A stretch of 55,217 bases of DNA from a virus (taxonomy: Duplodnaviria > Caudoviricetes). Under the pieces are notes generated by a model. That model had not been told where the DNA came from, did not search any database, and was given only the letters and a program-made list of their open reading frames with translations. Of the stretch, positions 1 to 9,956 are shown piece after piece; within the stretch, counting starts at the first letter, position 1, and every line of letters starts with the position of its first letter. Made by a program: the position numbers and the translations under genes. The stretch is from IMG/VR virus record IMGVR_UViG_3300012943_000008, positions 1 through 55,217 of that record; one strand, given 5' to 3'.

Positions 1-123
1 AGAACGATGTTTCCATGACGGGCAACCTACGCGCGCCCATCATCGACATGCAAGAGCCGCAACCGGAACCGCCGCCGGACGGGCTGCTCGAGGCCGCCGC
101 CCGCGTGGGTAAATCCGAAGACG
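1..123. repeat. Terminal direct repeat (assembly overlap) identical to 55095-55217; indicates a circular or complete genome
   Basis: AGAACGATGTTTCCATG...GAAGACG occurs at both ends, and a reading frame runs through the join. Confidence 0.95.
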
Positions 124-323
124 TGAAGGCGATCGCTGAACAGCACGGCGTCGACCCGTCGACCGGCGAATTTGCGGAACAGGCGGATATCGATCTCTTG
201 CGCGAACAAGGGCGGCTCACGGCCGGCGATGAAGCGGAGCTCGCGCTTGCCGATCAAACTGCCGCCGATGCCGAAGCCTATGCCGAAGCGCTGCGCGTGG
301 CGGCGGCCTGCGTGATGGGCTAA
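1..323 (+). CDS. C-terminal end of the 1113-aa protein starting at 52076 (not an independent gene)
   Basis: ATG at 15 corresponds to 55109, which is in frame with GTG 52076. Confidence 0.85.
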   Translation, partial: NDVSMTGNLRAPIIDMQEPQPEPPPDGLLEAAARVGKSEDVKAIAEQHGVDPSTGEFAEQADIDLLREQGRLTAGDEAELALADQTAADAEAYAEALRVAAACVMG

Positions 324-379
324 AAGCCCGGAAACAGGGATGATCCGCGTTTTGGCAAAATCGCCAAAAAACCCATGTT

Positions 380-408
380 TTGAGACCGAAAAGCCCGGAA
401 AATAAGGT
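380..408 (+). promoter_or_regulatory. Sigma70-like promoter TTGAGA-N17-TAAGGT upstream of gene 418
   Basis: -35/-10-like hexamers with 17-bp spacing in an AT-rich intergenic region. Confidence 0.5.
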
Positions 409-417
409 GATCCGCTC

Positions 418-3039
418 ATGGCCTACATCGACCCCAATTGCCGCGCGATCGCCGCGAAAGCCGCCAACGGCAAGCTGACTGAGCAAGAGATCGTCGACGC
501 GTTCGCGCGGATTGATCAGCACCGCAAGTCGCTCGAGGCGCAAGGCATGCTCACCGGCAAGGCTGAGCGGGTGCGCAAATGGGCCGAAGAGGAAGGCGAG
601 CGCACGAAGATCGCCGCGAACATGCAACGCCGGCACGCGGCTCTGAACGTCCTCGTGCGCGATCGCGTCGATCGGCAAATCAAGGGGATGATCGTAGAGG
701 GCGGGCTAAAGCCCCATCAGGCACTCCGCGCCATTCTCGAGGGTATCAACTCGAGCGCCCCCGGTTCCCGTGCCAGCGTGTACGCCACGCAACAAGGCTA
801 TGAAGCCCGCTACCTCGGAAGCATGTTCGCCGATCTCGAACGCGAACGCCCGCACCTCGTGCACGCCCTGGCCGACGAAAAGCTCGATGCCGACGTGCTG
901 GCCGAAATGTGGGAATTGCGCGACGGCGGCAAGCCCGGATCGACCGGCAACGACGACGCGAAATGGTTGGCGAAGCGGTTCGCCGATTACGCTGAGCTCT
1001 CGCGTACCGATCTCAACCGGCTGGGCGCCTCGATTGGCAAGCTCGACGGCTGGGCGGGCGTCCAGACACACGATCCGATCGCCATGCTCCAGGTCGGCAA
1101 GGATGCATGGATCGGCCGGATCGTCCCGCTGCTCGACTTCAAGCGCACATTCCCCGAGGGCACGACGTCGACCGAAGCGATCGACATTCTCGGCGATATC
1201 TTCGATACGATCATCACGGGCATCCCCAACAAGAAGGGCGCCGCTGAGCTCGGCCAGCGGGTCAACCCGGCGAACCTCGCGAAGTCGCTGGGCGCCTCGC
1301 GCGTGCTGCATTTCAGCGATGCCGGCGCGGCCCTGACATACCGCGAGCAATTCGGCTACGGCAACACTATCGCCGGCATGTTCGCGCACCTTCGGCATAT
1401 GGCCCAGGTCGGCGGCGTCATGGAAACGCTGGGGCCGAATCCGGAAGTCATGTTCCGATCGATCGCCGCGGGCCTCCAGCGCTCGATCAAGGAATCGAAG
1501 TCGATCCCCGACGTCGAAAAGGGCGCTCTGATCGACAAGCTCAATACCGATGCCGGCGCGCTGAAACAGGCGATCGACGTGTCGACCGGCCTCGTGTCCC
1601 GCCCGGTGAACGTCAATGCGGCGAAGATCATGTCCGACGTGCGCGCCGTCGAATCGATGGCGAAGCTGGGTGGCGCCGTGATCTCGGCGTTCTCGGACAC
1701 GATGACGTCGGCGATCGCCGCGCAATTCCGCGGGACCAACTTCTTCAAGGGCATCACGGATCAAATCGGCGGCCTCATGCAAGGCCGGCCGCGCGGCGAA
1801 CAGGGCGAGATCGCCTATTTGTTCAACGAAGGAATCGACGGCATGCTCGGCCATATCAATTCGCTGGGCTTCGCCACCGATGGGCCGGTCGGCGCGATGG
1901 GGAAGCTGCAAACGGGGTTCTTCAAGTGGAACGGCCTGACGTGGTGGACGGACGTCAACCGATCGGTTGCCGCGCGCACGATCTCTGCTGAGCTCGGGAT
2001 GCGCGCCGGCACGGCATACGCTGAACTCCCGCCCGCCTTCCGGCACGTCCTCGCGCAATCGGGGATTGATGATGCGTCCTGGTCGGTGCTGGGCAAGGCG
2101 GCGCTGCGGCTCGACAACGGCCGGCCGTATCTCACGCCCGATCGCGTGCGCGAGATTTCCGACGTCGACATGCTTCCCCTGATCAAGGATCGCGTCGCGG
2201 CAATCCAGAAGCGCGGCGGCGCCAATGCCGAAGCTGCGATCCGCGCGGCGATCGGCGACGCCCGCCGGCGCCTCGAGCTCCAGGTCACGGGGTTTGTCTC
2301 CGATCAGACGTCGTTCGCGGTCATCGAAACCGACGCGCGCACGCGCCGCTACACGACGTTGGGGCAACGGCCTGGCACGCTCGCCGGCGAAGCCGTGCGG
2401 CTGATGATGCAATTCAAGGGCTTCCCGCTCGCGTTCACGACTCGAGTCTTCGGCCGGGCGCTCTTCGGGCATCGCAAAGACGCGGGCATGCTCGAACGGG
2501 GCGGGCATTTCGCAACCATGCTGGCCGGCCTTGTCATGGCGGGGTACGTGTCGATCGTCGCAAAGGACTTGCTCAAGGGGTACTGGCCGCCGCGCAATCC
2601 GACCGACCCGCGCACGATCATGGCGGCGCTGCAACAGTCTGGCGCCTGGGGCATCTACGGGGATTTCCTGTTCTCCAAGGTCAATCGCTTCGGCGGCGGC
2701 CTGACCGAAACCCTGCTCGGCCCCTCGATCGGCTCCGTCGGCGATCTGGCGAACGTTCTGCTCGACGCTCGAGACACGGCACTCACCGGCGGTGCCGACA
2801 AGTTCTCGAGCGCGCAAGCCTTCTCGACGGTGCTGAGCACCGTCCCGTTTGCGAACCTCCATCTGCTCAAGCCGGCGATGGATTACATGATCGTCAACTC
2901 GATCCGCGAGGCGCTGTCTCCGGGCTATATGCGCCGGCAACAGAAGAGCCGAAAGACAGAGTACGGGCAGGACGCAATGCCGGCGCTCATGGGCGCGCGG
3001 CCGTCGCTCGACCCGCTCAACATCACGCCATCGTTCTGA
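418..3039 (+). CDS. Large internal virion (ejection) protein
   Basis: 873 aa, helical and Ala-rich, FFKWNGLTWWTD and QFKGFP motifs, last of the large genes after the tail tube genes. Confidence 0.7.
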   Translation: MAYIDPNCRAIAAKAANGKLTEQEIVDAFARIDQHRKSLEAQGMLTGKAERVRKWAEEEGERTKIAANMQRRHAALNVLVRDRVDRQIKGMIVEGGLKPHQALRAILEGINSSAPGSRASVYATQQGYEARYLGSMFADLERERPHLVHALADEKLDADVLAEMWELRDGGKPGSTGNDDAKWLAKRFADYAELSRTDLNRLGASIGKLDGWAGVQTHDPIAMLQVGKDAWIGRIVPLLDFKRTFPEGTTSTEAIDILGDIFDTIITGIPNKKGAAELGQRVNPANLAKSLGASRVLHFSDAGAALTYREQFGYGNTIAGMFAHLRHMAQVGGVMETLGPNPEVMFRSIAAGLQRSIKESKSIPDVEKGALIDKLNTDAGALKQAIDVSTGLVSRPVNVNAAKIMSDVRAVESMAKLGGAVISAFSDTMTSAIAAQFRGTNFFKGITDQIGGLMQGRPRGEQGEIAYLFNEGIDGMLGHINSLGFATDGPVGAMGKLQTGFFKWNGLTWWTDVNRSVAARTISAELGMRAGTAYAELPPAFRHVLAQSGIDDASWSVLGKAALRLDNGRPYLTPDRVREISDVDMLPLIKDRVAAIQKRGGANAEAAIRAAIGDARRRLELQVTGFVSDQTSFAVIETDARTRRYTTLGQRPGTLAGEAVRLMMQFKGFPLAFTTRVFGRALFGHRKDAGMLERGGHFATMLAGLVMAGYVSIVAKDLLKGYWPPRNPTDPRTIMAALQQSGAWGIYGDFLFSKVNRFGGGLTETLLGPSIGSVGDLANVLLDARDTALTGGADKFSSAQAFSTVLSTVPFANLHLLKPAMDYMIVNSIREALSPGYMRRQQKSRKTEYGQDAMPALMGARPSLDPLNITPSF

Positions 3040-3090
3040 TACGAAGGGGCGAAGCGCAAGAGGCGGCGCATACCGGGTGAGGGGTTCGGC

Positions 3091-4068
3091 ATGGTCCGCG
3101 GGCTGAGTTACGATATTGTCGACGGGCTGTCGTCGTCGACGGCGGTCAAAGGTCCGGTGCTGGTCGCGACGACGGCGAACGTCACCCTCGCGGGCGAGCA
3201 GACGATCGACGGCGTGCTCACGGCCGAAACCCGCGTGCTGGTCAAGGATCAGGCCGATCCGACCGAAAATGGCATCTGGCGCACGTCCTCGGGGGATTGG
3301 ACGCGCACCAAGGATTTCAGCCGCAACGACGACGTGAAGCCGGGGACGATCGTCAACGTCACAGGCGGAAGCACCAATAGCGGCATCTGGACCGTGTTGA
3401 GCGAAGACGATCCTGTGGTGATCGGCACGTCAGAGATCACCTTCGAATATTTCACGTCGACGATCGGATTTATTACCTCAGGGGCTCTCACCGCGATCTT
3501 GGCGAGCTATGCCATGCTGGCCTCGCCGGTCTTTACGGGCAATCCGCGCGCGCCGACACCCTCCCCCGGCGACAACGACACGTCGATCGCGACGACGGCC
3601 TTTGTGGCAGCGGCGATCACGGCCCTGATCAACGCGGCGCCCGGCGCTCTCGACACGCTCGATGAATTGGCGGCGGCTTTGGGCGACGACGCTAATTTCG
3701 CCACAACTATGACGAATTCTCTGGCGGCGTGCTTGAAAAACAACGTCGCCGACCAAACTATTACGGGAGGCGCCCGCGTCACTTCCTTGGATTTGGGCAC
3801 GCCATCGGCCGCCTCTACCGTTACTCTCGACCCAGGCGACCGCCCTCTACAGCATTTGACTAATAATGCCGCCTTCACGTTAGCCCCCGGTTCAAACGCC
3901 GGGATTATCACCCTCGATATCACCAACGGAGCGTCAGCCGGTGCGATCACAACCTCAGGATTTACCAAAGTCGTCGGTGCGTTCACCACTACGAACGCTC
4001 ACAAATTTCGCTGCTCTGTGTCTGTCGGCAATGCTGGCAGTCTGCTTTCCATCCAGCCTCTACAGTGA
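3091..4068 (+). CDS. Tail fibre protein
   Basis: VATTANVTLAGEQTIDGV head plus the fibre repeat SPVFTGNPRAPTP..IATTAFV..APGALDTLDELAAALGDDANFATT. Confidence 0.8.
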   Translation: MVRGLSYDIVDGLSSSTAVKGPVLVATTANVTLAGEQTIDGVLTAETRVLVKDQADPTENGIWRTSSGDWTRTKDFSRNDDVKPGTIVNVTGGSTNSGIWTVLSEDDPVVIGTSEITFEYFTSTIGFITSGALTAILASYAMLASPVFTGNPRAPTPSPGDNDTSIATTAFVAAAITALINAAPGALDTLDELAAALGDDANFATTMTNSLAACLKNNVADQTITGGARVTSLDLGTPSAASTVTLDPGDRPLQHLTNNAAFTLAPGSNAGIITLDITNGASAGAITTSGFTKVVGAFTTTNAHKFRCSVSVGNAGSLLSIQPLQ

Positions 4069-4075
4069 GGATCGG

Positions 4076-4888
4076 ATGCTGATCTCCCCGCCCCTGCTCG
4101 AGGCATATCCAACGGCGTTTTACGACGCTGTGCAACGCGCCGGGGTTCAACTTGGCCTTGAAGCCCTGATCGATGCTGGGGACGCGCGAAGCTATGCCGG
4201 CTCCGGGCAAACGGTCACTGATCTGTCGGGCAAGGGGCTGGATTGCTGGCTTGGGAAAACGAGCGGCGCCGATACCAATGAGCCGACATTTAGCGGCGTC
4301 GCCGGCAGACAATCGGCCTCCGATTACTTTGCGTTTGCCGCGTCGGCTTCTCCTGGAGTGGTCGCGGCGAAGTCCAAAACGACATGGGTCAATTCGCTCC
4401 ACAAAGACAATGCGACCTTCACCCTTGCGGGGTGGTTTTATGCGACGGCCGACAGTGGCTCGGGCGCGTCGTTTTTCCAGTCCGGCGATCCGACCGACCC
4501 CGGGATTTGGATTTACATCGGCCAGCCCGCACTTGGGTCGGACAATAAGCTCGGTTTCCGCAAATACAGCAACGGCGGCGCCAGCGAACAAGTTATCACC
4601 GACGCCGGTCCAACCGTCCCGTTTGGGTCATGGGCCTTTGTCGCGGTCTCTTTCAATGAGGCAACCGGCGCGCTCATCACTCAGGTGAACGGCACTCAGG
4701 TCACGGAAAGCGGGAAAACATACTCGACGAATGCCACGGCTGATATTGCCGGAATCAGCCTCAACACTTCCCCGCACACAGCATCGTCGAGCGCTCGAGT
4801 GGCATCGGTAGCTGGATGGTCCCGCGCTCTATCGGCTGCGGAAATGACGAGTCTGTTTGAGGCGAGCCGCGCAAAATACGGCGTCTAG
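4076..4888 (+). CDS. LamG/concanavalin A-like domain protein (putative receptor-binding or fibre partner)
   Basis: FTLAGWF...WAFVAVSF...WSRALSAAEM motifs; GAGG before ATG 4076. Confidence 0.7.
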   Translation: MLISPPLLEAYPTAFYDAVQRAGVQLGLEALIDAGDARSYAGSGQTVTDLSGKGLDCWLGKTSGADTNEPTFSGVAGRQSASDYFAFAASASPGVVAAKSKTTWVNSLHKDNATFTLAGWFYATADSGSGASFFQSGDPTDPGIWIYIGQPALGSDNKLGFRKYSNGGASEQVITDAGPTVPFGSWAFVAVSFNEATGALITQVNGTQVTESGKTYSTNATADIAGISLNTSPHTASSSARVASVAGWSRALSAAEMTSLFEASRAKYGV

Positions 4889-4957
4889 TCCGAGCGCGCC
4901 TTCGTGCTAGATAAGAGGGGCGGCCTGCGGGTCGCCCCTTTGCTTTGGAGGATCGGG

Positions 4958-7687
4958 GTGGCAAAGAACGGCCGGCTAAACGACGACGATCTGTATCTGA
5001 TCGGGAACGGCGGGCATCGCCTGACGCTCGAGGCCGCCGCGCGTTACCTCCAGATGAAGGCGGCCGCCGAAGCCGATGGGGTCTATTGGACCAACACCGA
5101 CTCGTACCGCACCTACGATCAACAGGTGCAACTCAAGAAGGAAAAGCCGAAGCTCGCGGCGAAGCCCGGAACCTCAGAGCACGGCTGGGGCGAAGCGCTC
5201 GACCTTGCCACGCCCGATATGTCGGCCGGCGTCGGCAAGGGGTCGGCCCAATACAAATGGCTCAAGGCGAACGCGTCGAAGTACGGCTTCTACACGCTGA
5301 CGTCGAAGAATGAGCCGTGGCATTGGGAATATCGCGGCGGCGCGACGGCGGCGCTCACAAAGACCGAAAGCGAGCGGCTTGCCGCGGTGAACCCCAAGCG
5401 CGCGATCCCTGCGCTCGGCACAGTCAAGGCGCTGCCGCCTGCTGATATCCCGATCGTCGCCAGCGAGATCGACGTCGCCCGGCCGGCGCCGAAGCCCATG
5501 TCGTCGACGGCACGCCTTGCGGCCCTGCGCTCAGAGATCACCCAGCGCAACGTTGCGCGGTTCGTTGAATCCGACGCGGCGCTCGGCGTGCTCAAGCCTC
5601 AGAAGAAATCCAGTCCCGAAGATTTTGCGATGACGCCGGGGCAAATGTACACGGGGCTGGCCGCTGGCGACACGGCGCTGTTCACCGATCCGCGGATCGG
5701 GATCATGTCGACGTTCGCGGCGGGAATGCCCGGCGTCGTCGTCCAGGACGTCCCTGAGGCTCCCGCGGCTCCCGACGTGCCATTGCCTCGCCGACGCCCG
5801 GAACCGCCGTCGACGACTGCGCCCGTGGCCGGAATGCTGGCGCCGGGGAACATCGATCTCGACAACCGCCAAGTCTATCGCGCCCCCGATGGCACGATCC
5901 GAACGGAAAACTCGATCTCGATCGGAACCGACGCGGGCGAAGTCCTGATCCCGACGATCATCAACGGCAAGCAAGTGTCGGACGATGAGGCGATCGAACA
6001 TTTTGAGCGTACCGGGGAAAACCTCGGCACGTTCGCCACGCCAGCGGCCGCCGATATATACGCGAAGGGCCTTCATAATAGGCAGGCCTGGCACTACGGG
6101 CTCGCCGACGCGATTGCTGCGCGCAAGGGCGAGGCTGTGCCGCTGCCGCGTCCACGCCCGGAGCCGCCCGCAAAGGCCACGCCAGAGCCGGCGAAGCCGA
6201 CGGAATACGCGATGCTCCCCAGCGGCAAAGAGATCGCCGTCGGCACGACGCGCAACGCGAAGGGCGAGCTCGTGACGATCTCGCGCGGCCCGGATGGCAA
6301 GGCGGTGATCACCAAGGCTGAAATCCCTTGGTATCTCAAGGGAGAGAACACTGTCGCCGCCGGCGCCGTGCGCGACGCTCTGACCGAAGAGGCAAAGAAG
6401 GCGATCCGCGGGGCGAGCGATGCTGTCGGCGGTCTTGCCCAGCCGGTGGGCGGCGCGATCGATGCGGCAAAGCAGGGCGCCGCCGGCGCCGTCACGTCGA
6501 GCATTGCGAAGCTGAACGGCCTGGTTCAATTTGTGTTCAACGATCTCGCGACGGCGCCCGGTGCCCAGCGGCCAACGCCGCCAGCGTCTATCAGTGGCGT
6601 GAGGATCGCGCCGGTCACTCGCCAGCCGGTCAAGCCGGGCGTGATCCCGCAATCGCTACTCGAGTCGACTCGAGTGGGTGCGAACCGATCGGTTGAGATC
6701 GTGACGGGCAAGCTCACGACGTCGATCGCTTTTGACCCGTCGCCCTCGAGCGCGGCGCAAAAGCTCGCAACGACGCCCTATGCCGGCGTTGCCGCGGCGT
6801 TCGATAAGAACTTCACGATCCCGCCCTCGCTGGCTCAGAAGGGCGCGAATACGAGCTCGACCCCGACGAAGACGACGACGATCACCAAGGGCGCTCCGCC
6901 CCCCAGCACGCCGAAGTCGAGCTTCATGGTTCTGGATTCGCCGTCGACACGGGCGGCGCTCGACCGCTTCGATGCGGTGACAAACACGAGCAAGAAGGCC
7001 GCGCCGTCGGCCTCGATCATCGAGCGGTCCGCCCCGATCAAAACCGAAACCGCGACGTCGACCGTAAAGACGCCGACAAAGGCAGGAATCACCGGGACGC
7101 CCGCCGCGCCGCCCGAAAAGAAGAAGCCGTTGCCCAGCGCTCCGCCGGTCAATCCGACGACGACGCCCAGCGCCAAGCCGACCTACAAGACGGTCACGAC
7201 GACGAATCCCGCATACTCCGAATGGGCTTCGAAGTACGGCACGGATAGCCGCGCGTCCGCCGGCACGATCAAGGAAACCCAGACGAAGACCGTTTCCGCC
7301 CCGCCGGCTGCACCTGCGAAGACGATCACGACTCGTGTCCCGGTGACGGCGCCTGCTCCCTCGGGCTCGCCCAGCCGATCGAATGCGACGATCTCCGGAT
7401 CGTCCTACACAATCCAGCCCGGCGACACGCTGTCGACGATCGCGCGCCGATCCGGCACGACGGTCGCGGAGCTCCAGCGGATCAACGGGATTGCCGACGC
7501 CAACAAGATTTATGCTGGCGATCAACTGGTGACGACGACGCGCACCACGTCGATCCCGACGTCGGCGCCGACGCGCGCCAACACGGCGGCGGTTGCGGCC
7601 GTCAACGCGATCAACACTAATCCCAACGTCGGCGGGCGAGGCGATCGGTGGGATGGCGTTCTCGATCAGTTTGGCATGATCATCTGA
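4958..7687 (+). CDS. M15B (VanY-like) peptidase with long Pro/Thr-rich linkers and a C-terminal LysM domain
   Basis: SYRTYDQQ, PGTSEHGWGEALD and EPWHWEY motifs; YTIQPGDTLSTIARRSGTTVAELQRINGI LysM; GGAGG before GTG 4958. Confidence 0.8.
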   Translation: MAKNGRLNDDDLYLIGNGGHRLTLEAAARYLQMKAAAEADGVYWTNTDSYRTYDQQVQLKKEKPKLAAKPGTSEHGWGEALDLATPDMSAGVGKGSAQYKWLKANASKYGFYTLTSKNEPWHWEYRGGATAALTKTESERLAAVNPKRAIPALGTVKALPPADIPIVASEIDVARPAPKPMSSTARLAALRSEITQRNVARFVESDAALGVLKPQKKSSPEDFAMTPGQMYTGLAAGDTALFTDPRIGIMSTFAAGMPGVVVQDVPEAPAAPDVPLPRRRPEPPSTTAPVAGMLAPGNIDLDNRQVYRAPDGTIRTENSISIGTDAGEVLIPTIINGKQVSDDEAIEHFERTGENLGTFATPAAADIYAKGLHNRQAWHYGLADAIAARKGEAVPLPRPRPEPPAKATPEPAKPTEYAMLPSGKEIAVGTTRNAKGELVTISRGPDGKAVITKAEIPWYLKGENTVAAGAVRDALTEEAKKAIRGASDAVGGLAQPVGGAIDAAKQGAAGAVTSSIAKLNGLVQFVFNDLATAPGAQRPTPPASISGVRIAPVTRQPVKPGVIPQSLLESTRVGANRSVEIVTGKLTTSIAFDPSPSSAAQKLATTPYAGVAAAFDKNFTIPPSLAQKGANTSSTPTKTTTITKGAPPPSTPKSSFMVLDSPSTRAALDRFDAVTNTSKKAAPSASIIERSAPIKTETATSTVKTPTKAGITGTPAAPPEKKKPLPSAPPVNPTTTPSAKPTYKTVTTTNPAYSEWASKYGTDSRASAGTIKETQTKTVSAPPAAPAKTITTRVPVTAPAPSGSPSRSNATISGSSYTIQPGDTLSTIARRSGTTVAELQRINGIADANKIYAGDQLVTTTRTTSIPTSAPTRANTAAVAAVNAINTNPNVGGRGDRWDGVLDQFGMII

Positions 7688-7725
7688 GCGTGCTACGCCG
7701 GTGCCCTCATTGAAGGGGGCTTCGC

Positions 7726-8712
7726 ATGGTTCCGACTTCCGCACAGCTTGAAGCCATTGCCGGTTTCAATACCAACGACTCGAATGTCGCGTCGGTCGTC
7801 GTCGCGCTCGAGCGCTACGGAAAGACGTTCGGTCTCGATCTGCCGCACCGTCTCGCGCATTTCCTCGCCCAGCTTTCCCATGAGAGCGGCGGCTTCAAGT
7901 ATGATCAGGAGATCGCCAGCGGCGCCGCCTATGAAGGGCGCAAAGACCTGGGCAACGTCCAGCCCGGCGACGGCAAGCGCTTCAAGGGCCGGACCGGGAT
8001 GCAAATCACCGGCCGCGCGAACTATCGCGAATTCACCGTTTGGTGCCGCAAGAATATCGGCGGGACGGTCCCCGACTTCGAACAGAACCCGGAGCTCGTC
8101 AACACTGATCCGTGGGAAGGGCTCGTGCCGATTTGGTATTGGTCGACCCGCAAGCTCAACGCGCTCGCCGACGAAAACAACATCGAGCAAATCACCAAGA
8201 AGATTAACGGCGGCCGCAACGGGCTCGAGGATCGCTTGACGCGCTACACGCGCGCCGGCCTCGTGCTGCTCGGATACGACGCCGACGATATCGAGTCCTT
8301 CCAGCGCGACTCGAAGGCGGCTGGCGTCTATGCCGGCAAGGTCGATGGTGACGACGGGCCGAAGACGCGCGCGGCGCTGCATATGACGCTCGCCGCCATG
8401 TCGCCGACGGCCGTCACCCAAGACGTCAAGCCGGCGCCCGTGGTCACGGTCGAAGAGAAGACGGTCAACGTGCCGATCCCGGTCAAAGTGCCGGAAGTGC
8501 CCAAGGGCTCCGACAAGCCGGGGATTTCGCGCTGGTTCGGCGGCATGTCGCTCGTCGGCCTGGGGACGTTCTTCACCGATCTGCCGATCGGGCTCAAGTA
8601 TGGCGCGGTCGGCCTCGCGATCCTGCTGATCATCGCCTTGATGTGGCGGAGCGAGCAAATCGCGGCGCGCGCCAAGCGGGCGGTCAAGGCGATCGAAGAC
8701 GTCTTCGGGTGA
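7726..8712 (+). CDS. GH19 endolysin with peptidoglycan-binding domain and C-terminal hydrophobic segments
   Basis: AHFLAQLSHESGG, YEGRKDLGN, FKGRTGMQITGRANY, INGGRNGLEDR; VDGDDGPKT. Confidence 0.9.
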   Translation: MVPTSAQLEAIAGFNTNDSNVASVVVALERYGKTFGLDLPHRLAHFLAQLSHESGGFKYDQEIASGAAYEGRKDLGNVQPGDGKRFKGRTGMQITGRANYREFTVWCRKNIGGTVPDFEQNPELVNTDPWEGLVPIWYWSTRKLNALADENNIEQITKKINGGRNGLEDRLTRYTRAGLVLLGYDADDIESFQRDSKAAGVYAGKVDGDDGPKTRAALHMTLAAMSPTAVTQDVKPAPVVTVEEKTVNVPIPVKVPEVPKGSDKPGISRWFGGMSLVGLGTFFTDLPIGLKYGAVGLAILLIIALMWRSEQIAARAKRAVKAIEDVFG

Positions 8713-8784
8713 CGCTCGAGCGGTTCTATATGGCGTGCGCGGAATTCTTCATCCGCCGCGCCATAGCGGAGAGGGAAAAGCAAG

Positions 8785-9105
8785 ATGCTCGGATGGCTGC
8801 TGATACATCTGCCGTGGTGGGCGTGGGCGATCGCGATCCTCGCCGTGTGGTGCGCGCTGGCGTTCGCCGTTGGCTCCCTGTTCGGCTGGAAGTATGCGCG
8901 GTGGATGATCTGGCCGGCGATCTTCATCGTTGGCCTCGTGGCCGTCGCGCTTAGGGAACGGCAAGCCGGATATCGCCAGCGCGAGGCAGAGGATCAGAAA
9001 GCCATTGAACGGGCCGAAGAGATCGTCGACGACAAGCGCGATGAGGTGCATAAGCTTCCCGACGATGAACTCGACAAGAGGCTCGACCGGTGGGACCAAG
9101 AGTGA
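8785..9105 (+). CDS. Putative inner-membrane spanin (Rz-like)
   Basis: N-terminal TM segments and a charged helix ending LDRW; follows the endolysin. Confidence 0.6.
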   Translation: MLGWLLIHLPWWAWAIAILAVWCALAFAVGSLFGWKYARWMIWPAIFIVGLVAVALRERQAGYRQREAEDQKAIERAEEIVDDKRDEVHKLPDDELDKRLDRWDQE

Positions 9106-9308
9106 AGAACCTTGCGACCGCGATCGCTTGCGTGACCGTGCTTGCGATCCCGGGGTGCTCGCATTTTGGCATCGGCCTGCCGTGCACGGTCGGCCCGATC
9201 GAATTGAGCAAGGGCGCGTCGACCCGGCTCACGCGTTCGGAGAAAGAGCAAATCGTGACGCTGAACGAAACTGGCGAAGTGCTCTGCGCATGGCGGCCCA
9301 GCGCCTAA
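9102..9308 (+). CDS. Putative outer-membrane spanin lipoprotein (Rz1-like)
   Basis: GTGA overlap with the upstream gene, signal peptide with lipobox-like IPGC, extra Cys residues. Confidence 0.65.
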   Translation: MKNLATAIACVTVLAIPGCSHFGIGLPCTVGPIELSKGASTRLTRSEKEQIVTLNETGEVLCAWRPSA

Positions 9309-9435
9309 CAAATTTACTACCTGACGCAACGATTTCGATTTAAGCGTAAAAGACATGGGCCGGGGCAGGGCCACCGAACTAACAGGCTGATTTGGCCGTT
9401 CCTTGTAGGTGGATGCTGTGACCGGAGCCCAAGAA

Positions 9436-9828
9436 ATGTCCCTGAGGCAGTTCGTCGACTCGGTATGGTTTCGCGCCCTGTATCGGGCTGCGATCATCGC
9501 CGTGCCGGTCCTCGGCGGCCTGTATTGGTGGACATGGGATAGGGCGCAGACTGACGCCATGCGCGAGGTCGCCAGCGTGAAGGCCGCTCTCGCCTCCGCC
9601 AACTCCACGCTGGCGGTCAGGGCGAGCGATTCCGAAAACTTCCAAGGTGAGGTTCGCGAAGCGGTCGACGATCTCGGCGCCAAAGTCGATGAGCTCGACG
9701 ACAAGGTGTTCAAGACACAAGTCGACGTCGGGGTGATCAAGCGGCTCGTGACGGAACTCCGCGATCAATCGGTCGAATCGGCTTCGCTCGATCCTCTCGA
9801 TCGCGGGCGGCCTTTGCCAGTTCGGTAA
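9436..9828 (+). CDS. Single-TM coiled-coil membrane protein at the end of the lysis module
   Basis: GGAG RBS; one hydrophobic segment followed by heptads. Confidence 0.55.
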   Translation: MSLRQFVDSVWFRALYRAAIIAVPVLGGLYWWTWDRAQTDAMREVASVKAALASANSTLAVRASDSENFQGEVREAVDDLGAKVDELDDKVFKTQVDVGVIKRLVTELRDQSVESASLDPLDRGRPLPVR

Positions 9829-9956
9829 GCGCCTTGAGGTCCAAGCCCGATGTTTCACGGGCGACAAAGAGCGCGATCGCCATTCCTGCACGCATAGAAA
9901 AACTCCCGGTTGTGGTGAACCGGGAGCTAATTAGCCTGACCTTCCCTAAGGATCGG

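Noticed and set aside
322-415. Mini CRISPR array
   Set aside because: Only two imperfect repeats, no cas genes, and the second copy overlaps a promoter/RBS
706-2940. 744-aa minus-strand ORF, and similar long antisense ORFs at 38450-40078, 49572-51314 and 52757-54295
   Set aside because: Codon-aligned shadows of real GC-rich genes, with R/H/V-rich non-protein-like composition and no RBS
3091-4888. BPP-1-type diversity-generating retroelement
   Set aside because: I recognised no reverse transcriptase and no template/variable repeat pair
9737-9900. Small minus-strand ORF overlapping the end of the lysis module
   Set aside because: No clear RBS and a long overlap with a better-supported plus-strand gene
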